Assembly: GCF_000008465.1 (NCBI RefSeq)
Contig: NC_006512.1
Location: 1,200,001 to 1,232,000 of the forward strand
DNA length: 32,000 nt
Reading direction: 5' to 3'
DNA from: Idiomarina loihiensis L2TR
GTDB taxonomy: Bacteria; Pseudomonadota; Gammaproteobacteria; Enterobacterales; Alteromonadaceae
The translations under genes and the position numbers were made by a program. Under the pieces are notes generated by a model that did no database searches, was not told the DNA's origin, and was given only the letters and a program-made list of their open reading frames with translations. Below, piece after piece: positions 1 to 6,768 of this stretch. The first letter of the stretch is position 1, and each line of letters opens with the position of its first letter.

Positions 1-1027
1 CCAGGTAAGGACGAATCCGCAATCGTGAATTCTGAATAAGCTGGCTTAACTGTTCGTTCAAACGCTTGTCGCGTTGACCCATGCCTGCCGTATCAATCAA
101 AATAAGACTTTTTTGACGTAGCGCAAGTAAAGCATCTGCCAGTTCCTGTGCATTTTTTGCCACTTTGACCGGACACCCTATGATACGACCATAGGTTTGT
201 AATTGTTCACTGGCACCAATACGAAAGGTGTCGGTGGTAATTAAAGCCACTTTATCGGCACCATGGCGTTGCGCATAACGAGCGGCTAACTTCGCAATGG
301 TCGTGGTTTTACCGACACCGGTAGGGCCGACTAACGCAACCGCTCCACCGCGCGTCAAAATGTCGTCAGAGGTCGTATTCAGCTGACCTTCTAATAAATG
401 CAGAGTCTGTTCCCAGGCTTCATCATCTGATCCGCCTTCAGGAATAAAACACGCAATCTGGTCGGCAACTCGTTCGCTCAAGCCCATATCCATTAACCGA
501 TTCATCAGCATAGAGCGGGTTGGTTCTTCACGATCCATTTCTTGTTTCATCAAGCCGCTCAACTGGTGTTCCAGCAATTGACGAATACCATTGACCTGAG
601 AGCGCAGTTCAGCAATGGCCTGGGAGTCGTCGGCTGCCGGTGCGTTTACTTGTTCAGGAAAAATATCGTCGCTGAGTTGAGAAGCGTTAAATTCTTGTGG
701 CTCGGCTTTCGGTTCTGGCCGTTTGGACGCTTCAGCAACCGCTTGCGTAGCAGAGCGTTGCGCAGGCTGTTCAGCCTGTGCCTGACGCTGTAACAATTCC
801 TGCAAAGATTCAGCCGGCACTTCTGGCGTCTTTGACGCAGCCGGCTCATTTGGGGCCTGCTCAGCCATTGGCTGTGCCTGTTGCGCATCGGGGTCAATGG
901 CTGCAACCAGCTCAATACCACCGTTTACTTTCTTATTGGACAGGATAATCGCATCCGGACCTAAGGTTTCTTTAACCTGTTGTAAACCACGGCGCATATC
1001 TTCGGCAAAAAAGCGTTTAATCTTCAC
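1..1027 (-). CDS. flhF: Flagellar biosynthesis SRP-type GTPase FlhF (partial; 3' end lies beyond the left window edge)
   Basis: The minus-strand frame is open from GTG 1027 (GGGAG 6 nt upstream) to position 2. Translation begins VKIKRFFAEDMRRGLQQVKETLGPDAIILSNKKVNGGIELVAAIDPD, continues through an Ala/Gln/Pro-rich linker, then shows the P-loop LVGPTGVGKTTTIAKLAARY and LILIDTAGMGQRD. It directly follows flhA, as in polar flagellar loci. It is absent from the ORF track because it runs off the window. Confidence 0.9.
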   Translation of the reverse strand, partial: MKIKRFFAEDMRRGLQQVKETLGPDAIILSNKKVNGGIELVAAIDPDAQQAQPMAEQAPNEPAASKTPEVPAESLQELLQRQAQAEQPAQRSATQAVAEASKRPEPKAEPQEFNASQLSDDIFPEQVNAPAADDSQAIAELRSQVNGIRQLLEHQLSGLMKQEMDREEPTRSMLMNRLMDMGLSERVADQIACFIPEGGSDDEAWEQTLHLLEGQLNTTSDDILTRGGAVALVGPTGVGKTTTIAKLAARYAQRHGADKVALITTDTFRIGASEQLQTYGRIIGCPVKVAKNAQELADALLALRQKSLILIDTAGMGQRDKRLNEQLSQLIQNSRLRIRPYL

Positions 1028-1039
1028 AAGCGACTCCCG

Positions 1040-3193
1040 TTACTCTTGTGTGGCGGTTTGTTCACCACCGTTTTGTTGTCCACCAATTGAGCTGACAATG
1101 CGAATCTGTTTATCATCCGGTACTTCCTGATAGGACAACACGCGCATACCATCGGTAGCGTGACGCGCAAAACGCGCCATGGTTGACCTTAAAAGCCCCG
1201 AGGTCAGCAGTACTGAAGGCTCACCATTCATTTCCTGCTGCTGATGCACTTCGCGTAATGACTGTTGCAGGCGTTCGGCCAAACCAGGTTCGATTCCGGC
1301 GCCTTGCTGATTTCCGTCATTACCAGCCATTTGTAGTGACTGATGCAACATCTGTTCCAACTCTGGTGCCAAAGTTATGACAGGCAATTCCGCCGCCCCT
1401 TCAGCAATGTCCTGAACAATTAACCGACGCAGTGAAATTCTGACTGCAGCCGTCAGTACTTCTGGGTCCTGGCTGCGTCCTGCATACTCAACCAAAGTTT
1501 GTACAATGGTGCGCATATCCCGAATCGCGATGCCCTCGTCCAATAAGTTTTGCAGTACTTTCACAAAGTTACCCAGTGACAATAAATCCGGAATCAGCCC
1601 CTCAACCAGCTTAGGATGAGTACGCCCCAGACGGTCCAGCAATTCTTGTGCTTCTTCGTGACCCAGCAACTGAGATGCATGGTTGGTTACAATCTGACTT
1701 AAGTGCGTAGCGACTACGGTTGCAGCGTCAACCACGGTATAACCCAGAGTTTGGGCGTGCTCGCGTTGCTCAGGACGGATCCAGACAGCATCCAGCCCAA
1801 AGGCCGGATCTTTTGTCTTCTCACCGTCCAGCTCACCGAACACCTGGCCCGGGTTAATCGCCATCTCCCAGTCATGACGAATTTCAGCTTCACCCATGGT
1901 CACACCCATAAGAGTAATGCGGTAACTGTTGGGGCCTAAATCGAGGTTGTCCCGAATATGTACGGCCGGAACAAGGAAACCAAACTCCTGAGACTGCTTC
2001 TTACGTACACCTTTAATGCGTGACAGCAATTCACCGCCCTGCTGCTTATCCACCAAAGGAATTAAGCGATAACCAACTTCCAGACCTATAGTGTCAACGT
2101 GGCGTACGTCGTCCCAACTGAGCTCTTTTTGTTGCGCCTGCTGAACTTGCTGTTCCTGTTCTTTCTCGACCAGTTCACCTTCTTCAGTCTTGGTTTTCTT
2201 AAGTTTAAAGTAAGCCGCACCGGCTAACACCGCAGACATGCTTAAAAAGGCAAAATGCGGCATACCGGGAATAACGCCCATGGCAAACAATACCGCGCTG
2301 GTAATGACCAAAACCTTAGGGTTATCGAGCAATTGCAGAACAACCGCATCACCCATGTCCTGGCTGTTATTTTCACGAGTAATGATAATGGCTGTCGCAA
2401 CTGACAGTAACAATGAGGGAATTTGAGCTACCAAGCCATCACCAATGGTTAACAGCGTATAAACTTCCACTGCCTCATTAAAGGTCAGCCCGTACTGGAT
2501 CATACCAATCAGCAATCCGCCGATAATGTTGATAAAAAGAATTAAAATACCAGCTATGGCATCCCCTTTTACGAACTTACTGGCACCATCCATGGAGCCG
2601 TAGAAATCAGCCTCACGGGTTACATCGCTGCGTCGTGCTTTAGCTTCTTCCTGGTTGATTAGGCCCGCGTTAAGGTCAGCGTCAATGGCCATTTGTTTAC
2701 CAGGCATAGCGTCAAGGGTGAAGCGAGCGGTTACTTCTGAAATACGGCCGGCGCCTTTAGTAATAACCACAAAGTTAATAATAACCAGAATGGCGAACAC
2801 CACCAGACCGACAGTGTAGTTACCACCTATGACCACGCTACCAAAGGCTTCAATAACAGAGCCTGCAGCACCGGGCCCGTTATGCCCTTCTAATAAAACA
2901 ATACGCGTAGAGGCAACGTTAAGGCTTAAGCGTAGTACCGTAGCAATAAGCAAAACCGTAGGAAAAGCGGCGAAATCCAGCGGACGTTGGGTATAAACAG
3001 CCACCAGCATAACTACCAGTGACAAAGTAATTGAAAATGAAAAGAGAACATCCAGCACCACAGCCGGAATTGGCAAAACAATCATCGCCAGAATGGCCAT
3101 AATGGCCAACGGCGTTCCAAAACCTTTGATCAGATGCGCATTGTTCTGCGTGAAATTTCTAAAATTTACTAACTTTTCGGCACCGCCCGCCAT
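1040..3193 (-). CDS. flhA: Flagellar type III export apparatus protein FlhA
   Basis: The track ORF starts at TTG 3241. I prefer ATG 3193 with AGGAAG at 3198-3203, giving MAGGAEKLVNFRNF... and an N-terminal length like enteric FlhA. The TM region reads GTPLAIMAILAMIVLPIPAVVLDVLFSF. The FHIPEP-type segment ISEVTARFTLDAMPGKQMAIDADL is present, followed by a Gln/Glu-rich linker and a large cytoplasmic C-domain. Confidence 0.95.
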   Translation of the reverse strand: MAGGAEKLVNFRNFTQNNAHLIKGFGTPLAIMAILAMIVLPIPAVVLDVLFSFSITLSLVVMLVAVYTQRPLDFAAFPTVLLIATVLRLSLNVASTRIVLLEGHNGPGAAGSVIEAFGSVVIGGNYTVGLVVFAILVIINFVVITKGAGRISEVTARFTLDAMPGKQMAIDADLNAGLINQEEAKARRSDVTREADFYGSMDGASKFVKGDAIAGILILFINIIGGLLIGMIQYGLTFNEAVEVYTLLTIGDGLVAQIPSLLLSVATAIIITRENNSQDMGDAVVLQLLDNPKVLVITSAVLFAMGVIPGMPHFAFLSMSAVLAGAAYFKLKKTKTEEGELVEKEQEQQVQQAQQKELSWDDVRHVDTIGLEVGYRLIPLVDKQQGGELLSRIKGVRKKQSQEFGFLVPAVHIRDNLDLGPNSYRITLMGVTMGEAEIRHDWEMAINPGQVFGELDGEKTKDPAFGLDAVWIRPEQREHAQTLGYTVVDAATVVATHLSQIVTNHASQLLGHEEAQELLDRLGRTHPKLVEGLIPDLLSLGNFVKVLQNLLDEGIAIRDMRTIVQTLVEYAGRSQDPEVLTAAVRISLRRLIVQDIAEGAAELPVITLAPELEQMLHQSLQMAGNDGNQQGAGIEPGLAERLQQSLREVHQQQEMNGEPSVLLTSGLLRSTMARFARHATDGMRVLSYQEVPDDKQIRIVSSIGGQQNGGEQTATQE

Positions 3194-3360
3194 ACGTCTT
3201 CCTGTTGCGTCAAAAAGTTGAACCTGCGGTGTTTTATTCAAGAATCGAGCCAGCTTTAGTTTTATTCGGAGGTTATCTTACATTCGTTTCAGTTGGGGCT
3301 TACAGACAAAGCTTAAGCAGCTTCTATACTCGTTGCTCTTTTTCAAAATAATGTGTTTTT

Positions 3361-3777
3361 ATGCGCGGTTACTCTCTTATGGAATTGGTCGTAGCATTGG
3401 CTGTTAGTGCGGTGCTTGGTGCTTCTGCCCTGCCAATATTTACTCAGCAGACAGAATCTTTGTTGCTTCAAAAAGAGGCTGGGCGCTGGCTGTCTTACTT
3501 GCAGCTTGTAAAAGCCAGGTCCATAGCGAATAAGGAATCTATTGAAATCGACTTAGTCACATTCAGCAATGGCTCAGAAGCCTCAGATATTCAAACCAAA
3601 TACACCTACAGCCCTTCCGCGTCGCTTACTTTTTATGGAGAGTCAGCTGCCGCGACACCAGGGCACATCAGACTAATAGGCAAAAGCAAACAGGTGAAAA
3701 TCATCATCAGCAGTATTGGTCGTATTCGATTGTGCTTAAGTGAGGGTAATTCACTTCCGGGAATCCCCTCATGTTAA
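3361..3777 (+). CDS. Prepilin-type minor pilin, GspH/FimT-FimU/PpdA-like
   Basis: The N-terminus MRG|YSLMELVVALAVSAVLGASALPIF has Gly-1, Glu+5 and a ~20-aa hydrophobic helix (class III signal). The C-terminal GHIRLIG...GRIRLCLSEGNSLPGIPSC tail carries a Cys-Cys loop typical of this family. An in-frame TAA at 3349-3351 excludes a longer leader. No Shine-Dalgarno sequence is visible. Confidence 0.7.
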   Translation: MRGYSLMELVVALAVSAVLGASALPIFTQQTESLLLQKEAGRWLSYLQLVKARSIANKESIEIDLVTFSNGSEASDIQTKYTYSPSASLTFYGESAAATPGHIRLIGKSKQVKIIISSIGRIRLCLSEGNSLPGIPSC

Positions 3778-4271
3778 TAGTGTCTGAGCGCGGCAGCAGT
3801 TTAGTGGAAGTTCTTATAGCATCGGCTATTGGTGCGATAGTTGTCATGGCGGCGCAGCAGCAAATGCAATGGCAAACAGGAGTGCAACACCACAAGTTAT
3901 TGAGGGTAAATTTACTATTAAGTGCTCAGTCAGTCGCAAATCAGTTTTTTGAAACTTTAAAAAATACCGTCGCAACGCAAATTTCGAACCCTCAGGGCAA
4001 TTGCTATTTGTTTCCTCAGCAAAACGGTGGCTCGGTTGGCTTCCGAGTCAGGAATGAACAGCTACAGCATAACTCAATGACTCTCGATTGCGCCGGATAT
4101 GGCTGGCAATCCCTAACCGATAAGTCTCAATTTAAAGTCACTCATTTTGCTGCTGATTCATACTCTCCGGGATCCGGTAGTGGGTTATCAAAGCTTGTTG
4201 TAACGTTTACCGTTACCAACAATGCACAGACACATGTTTTCAAACGAACAATCACTCCTCAGGTTAACTAA
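3771..4271 (+). CDS. Prepilin-type minor pilin, PilW/GspJ/PpdB-like
   Basis: ATG 3771 overlaps the stop of the previous gene (ATGTTAA). The N-terminus is MLIVSERG|SSLVEVLIASAIGAIVVMAA, with Gly-1 and Glu+5. There are two Cys in the globular part (GNCYLF, LDCAGYGW). Size and second position match E. coli ppdB. Confidence 0.6.
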   Translation: MLIVSERGSSLVEVLIASAIGAIVVMAAQQQMQWQTGVQHHKLLRVNLLLSAQSVANQFFETLKNTVATQISNPQGNCYLFPQQNGGSVGFRVRNEQLQHNSMTLDCAGYGWQSLTDKSQFKVTHFAADSYSPGSGSGLSKLVVTFTVTNNAQTHVFKRTITPQVN

Positions 4272-4283
4272 CTGGAGCTTACT

Positions 4284-4478
4284 ATGAACGCGAAAGGATT
4301 CGCTCTAATACTCACCTTAGTAACACTCATAAGCTTGAGTTCAGTCAGCTTAGCTGCGCTGCTTTTTTACGCGCAAATGACAGAAGCCCGGCAACATCAT
4401 CAATGGCAACAGCTTTCTCAGCAACTTCAGCAAGACTTAGAAGCACAGCGCACAGCTTATGAATTGGCACAAGAATAA
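4284..4478 (+). CDS. Very short pilin-like membrane protein in the GspK/PilX/YgdB position (64 aa)
   Basis: GGAG lies 7 nt upstream of ATG 4284. The N-terminus MNAKG|FALILTLVTLISLSSVSLAALLFYA has Gly followed by a hydrophobic helix, with Leu instead of Glu at +5 (a GspK/PilX-type trait). The remaining ~30 aa are Gln-rich (RQHHQWQQLSQQLQQDLEAQ). The call is mainly positional. Confidence 0.4.
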   Translation: MNAKGFALILTLVTLISLSSVSLAALLFYAQMTEARQHHQWQQLSQQLQQDLEAQRTAYELAQE

Positions 4479-4803
4479 AGGCTTTTCTCTGCTTGAAGTT
4501 TTGGCGGGAGCTGCCCTGGTGGCGCTCTGGTCTGTGAGCAGTCTGCAGGTTTTACAAGTTGGATTATCGGCGATTGACCGTGCCCACACAAAAGCAAAGG
4601 CTGTGGAGGTTTTGATGACTTATTTAAGTGAGGCTCAACAAACCTGGCACAGAGGAAATAATCCTGAACTATCCGGGACATCAGGAGAATTTGATTTAAA
4701 AGCAGAGCTGATCTCTATCGATCAGTTCAACGCGACCACCGAGGTAACCGTTTCCTGGGGTAGAGATAACGAACTGACCCAGACATTCTGGCTTTCCCGG
4801 TAA
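4459..4803 (+). CDS. Prepilin-type minor pilin, GspI/PilV/PpdC-like
   Basis: ATG 4459 overlaps the previous ORF by 20 nt. The N-terminus MNWHKNKG|FSLLEVLAGAALVALWSV has canonical Gly-1, Phe+1 and Glu+5. At 114 aa it is the size of GspI/PpdC-type minor pilins. Confidence 0.65.
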   Translation: MNWHKNKGFSLLEVLAGAALVALWSVSSLQVLQVGLSAIDRAHTKAKAVEVLMTYLSEAQQTWHRGNNPELSGTSGEFDLKAELISIDQFNATTEVTVSWGRDNELTQTFWLSR

Positions 4804-4808
4804 CCAGT

Positions 4809-5753
4809 TTAGCCCACCGGGTGCGGTCTTAGCTCCGGAGGAATTGAAAAGGTGATATTTTCCTCGCGACCGCTCAGTTCTACTGCGGTTTTACCACCCC
4901 ATTCCTGTAGCTTAGCAATGACTTCTTTGACCAACACTTCGGGGGCAGAAGCGCCAGCGGTTACAGCGACCTTCTCGTGACCTTCTAACCAGGCTTTATC
5001 AATACAACTGGCGTCATCAATTAGGTATGCCGGGGTTCCCATTTTCTCGGAAAGCTCGCGTAAGCGATTTGAGTTTGAGCTGTTACGCGCGCCGACTACC
5101 AACATGACATCGGCGTCGCTGGCTAATTCACGTACCGCATCCTGGCGGTTTTGAGTGGCATAGCAAATATCGTCTTTACGAGGACCGTTAATGTCAGGGA
5201 ATTTTTGGCGCAAAGCATCAATTACATCGGCTGTATCATCAACAGATAAAGTGGTTTGACTCATGTAATGCAGGTTACCCGGGTCCTTCACTTCGAGCTT
5301 GGCGACATCCTCCGGCGACTCCACAAGGTAAATACCGCCCTCATCGTTGTTATACTGCCCCATAGTCCCTTCAACTTCAGGGTGCCCTGCGTGCCCAATT
5401 AAAATACATTCATGCCCTTTACGGCTGGCACGGGTAACTTCCATATGAACTTTGGTCACCAGCGGACAGGTCGCATCAAATACCCGCAGACCACGATCTT
5501 TGGCTTCCTGACGAACCGCCTGAGAAACGCCATGGGCGCTAAAAATAACAATTTGATCGTCCGGTACTTCGTGCAATTCTTCCACAAAGACCGCCCCGGC
5601 CTCGCGCAGTTTACTGACAACGTATTTGTTGTGAACCACCTCGTGACGCACGTAAATTGGCGGCTCAAATATTTCCAAAGCCCGCTCAACAATAGTTATA
5701 GCGCGATCAACTCCGGCACAAAAGCCCCGTGGGTTCGCTAACAAAATTTGCAT
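4809..5753 (-). CDS. ispH: 4-hydroxy-3-methylbut-2-enyl diphosphate reductase (IspH/LytB)
   Basis: Full-length match to the IspH family as I recall it: [30 protein letters not shown] and [11 protein letters not shown] (the three 4Fe-4S Cys ligands), plus [13 protein letters not shown]. Confidence 0.95.
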   Translation of the reverse strand: MQILLANPRGFCAGVDRAITIVERALEIFEPPIYVRHEVVHNKYVVSKLREAGAVFVEELHEVPDDQIVIFSAHGVSQAVRQEAKDRGLRVFDATCPLVTKVHMEVTRASRKGHECILIGHAGHPEVEGTMGQYNNDEGGIYLVESPEDVAKLEVKDPGNLHYMSQTTLSVDDTADVIDALRQKFPDINGPRKDDICYATQNRQDAVRELASDADVMLVVGARNSSNSNRLRELSEKMGTPAYLIDDASCIDKAWLEGHEKVAVTAGASAPEVLVKEVIAKLQEWGGKTAVELSGREENITFSIPPELRPHPVG

Positions 5754-5789
5754 CAGTTCCTCCTGCGTTCAGCTCGGTCTATTAACCAA

Positions 5790-6230
5790 TTATGGCTCAA
5801 CGCTAATAATCTCTACTTCAAAAATCACCGTTTGCCCGGCCAACGGGTGATTAAAATCGATGGTGACTGTTGGACCTTCAACCTTACGAACAATTCCCGG
5901 TAAATCGGTACCATCCGGTTGAGTGAAAGCCAAAATGGCTCCGACTTCCGGTTTGGTTTCATCGTTAAATTTTGCCGAATCAACATAGTAATAGTTGTCC
6001 GGGTTCGGTTCACCAAAGGCGTCTTTAGGCTCTAACGTGAACTCACGTTCCGCCCCTTCGCGCAGCCCCACCAGGCACGCTTCAAAGTTTTCGGTCAGAT
6101 TACCATCGCCCATTCGAAATCTGGCAGGTTTACCTGACATTTTTGTGCTGTCTGCAACCGAGCCATCGGTCAGCTTAATGGTGAAGTGCATAACCACTTC
6201 CCGTCCGTGCTCTATAGGTAAACGACTCAA
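5790..6230 (-). CDS. fkpB: FKBP-type peptidyl-prolyl cis-trans isomerase (FkpB/SlpA-like)
   Basis: The track ORF (to 6317) overlaps lspA. I prefer TTG 6230 with AAGGAG 6 nt upstream, giving MSRLPIEHGREVVMHFTIKLTDGSVADST... This aligns with the E. coli FkpB N-terminus (VLVHFTLKLDDG). The conserved IDFNHPLAGQTVIFEVEI is present. Confidence 0.85.
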   Translation of the reverse strand: MSRLPIEHGREVVMHFTIKLTDGSVADSTKMSGKPARFRMGDGNLTENFEACLVGLREGAEREFTLEPKDAFGEPNPDNYYYVDSAKFNDETKPEVGAILAFTQPDGTDLPGIVRKVEGPTVTIDFNHPLAGQTVIFEVEIISVEP

Positions 6231-6243
6231 ATGAAACTCCTTA

Positions 6244-6768
6244 CTACCCTTGACCGTTCTCGACTTTGTCCCGACGGTTATCAAAAAAAGCTTCCAACAA
6301 CATGAGTGCGGCACCAATAGTGATAGCCATATCGGCTACGTTAAAGGCAGGCCAATGCCAGCCCTGATAATGAACATCAAAAAAGTCGATGACATAACCA
6401 TACATTAAACGGTCAGCTACGTTGCCAATAGCCCCGGCCATAATCAGAGAAAAGGCTAAATTCTGGCGCCATAAACCCACCGGGTTGCGACGCATCCAGA
6501 TAAGCAGCACCACACTGATGGCAATAGCAATGGCAGTAAAGAACCAACGTTGCCAACCGCCACCGTCACTTAAAAAGCTAAAGGCCGCACCGTAATTGTG
6601 CACGTAAGTTAAGTTGAATAGCCCGTCAATTAAAACTCGGCTTTCATAAAGCTCAAACTCAGCGGCCACCCAAATTTTAGTAATTTGATCAATAACCACC
6701 AACAACAAGGTCAGCCACAAAAAACGCAGCCCAGTTGCACGGTTAGTCTGGTTAGAAAAATCAGGCAA
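6244..6768 (-). CDS. lspA: Lipoprotein signal peptidase II
   Basis: Conserved [24 protein letters not shown] and FNVADMAI motifs. The start is ambiguous. TTG 6768 has GAGGAG 7 nt upstream and overlaps the ileS stop (TTGCCTGA). In-frame GTG codons up to 6795 (the track start) are alternatives. Confidence 0.9.
   Translation of the reverse strand: MPDFSNQTNRATGLRFLWLTLLLVVIDQITKIWVAAEFELYESRVLIDGLFNLTYVHNYGAAFSFLSDGGGWQRWFFTAIAIAISVVLLIWMRRNPVGLWRQNLAFSLIMAGAIGNVADRLMYGYVIDFFDVHYQGWHWPAFNVADMAITIGAALMLLEAFFDNRRDKVENGQG

Noticed and set aside
542-1130. Track ORFs 542-793 (+), 646-921 (-) and 897-1130 (+) at the left end
   Set aside because: The region is covered by the flhF reading frame (minus strand, GTG 1027). 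That frame is missing from the track only because it runs off the window. The listed ORFs are out-of-frame or antisense shadows.
3194-3241. N-terminal extension of FlhA from TTG 3241 (MNKTPQVQLFDATGRR...)
   Set aside because: ATG 3193 has a strong AGGAAG RBS and gives an N-terminal length matching known FlhA. The extension has no conserved content.
3237-3252. Sigma54-like element upstream of flhA (minus strand TGGCTC-gattc-TTGAA)
   Set aside because: GG-N10 spacing is correct, but the -12 element is GA instead of the strongly conserved GC and the -24 hexamer is also imperfect. This is too weak to call without data.
3242-4803. The pilin operon as a horizontally acquired island or mobile element, or as a CRP-S/Sxy-regulated competence operon
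   Set aside because: No integrase, transposase, tRNA, flanking direct repeats or IS ends are present. The same locus holds pilin genes in Pseudomonas, so it is a conserved slot. I also found no TGCGA-N6-TCGCA or TGTGA-N6-TCACA site in 3242-3360, so competence-type regulation is unsupported by this sequence.
6231-6317. N-terminal extension of the FKBP isomerase ([16 protein letters not shown]...) overlapping the lspA 3' end
   Set aside because: TTG 6230 with AAGGAG 6 nt upstream aligns with the FkpB N-terminus. The extension would overlap lspA by 74 nt and looks non-protein-like.
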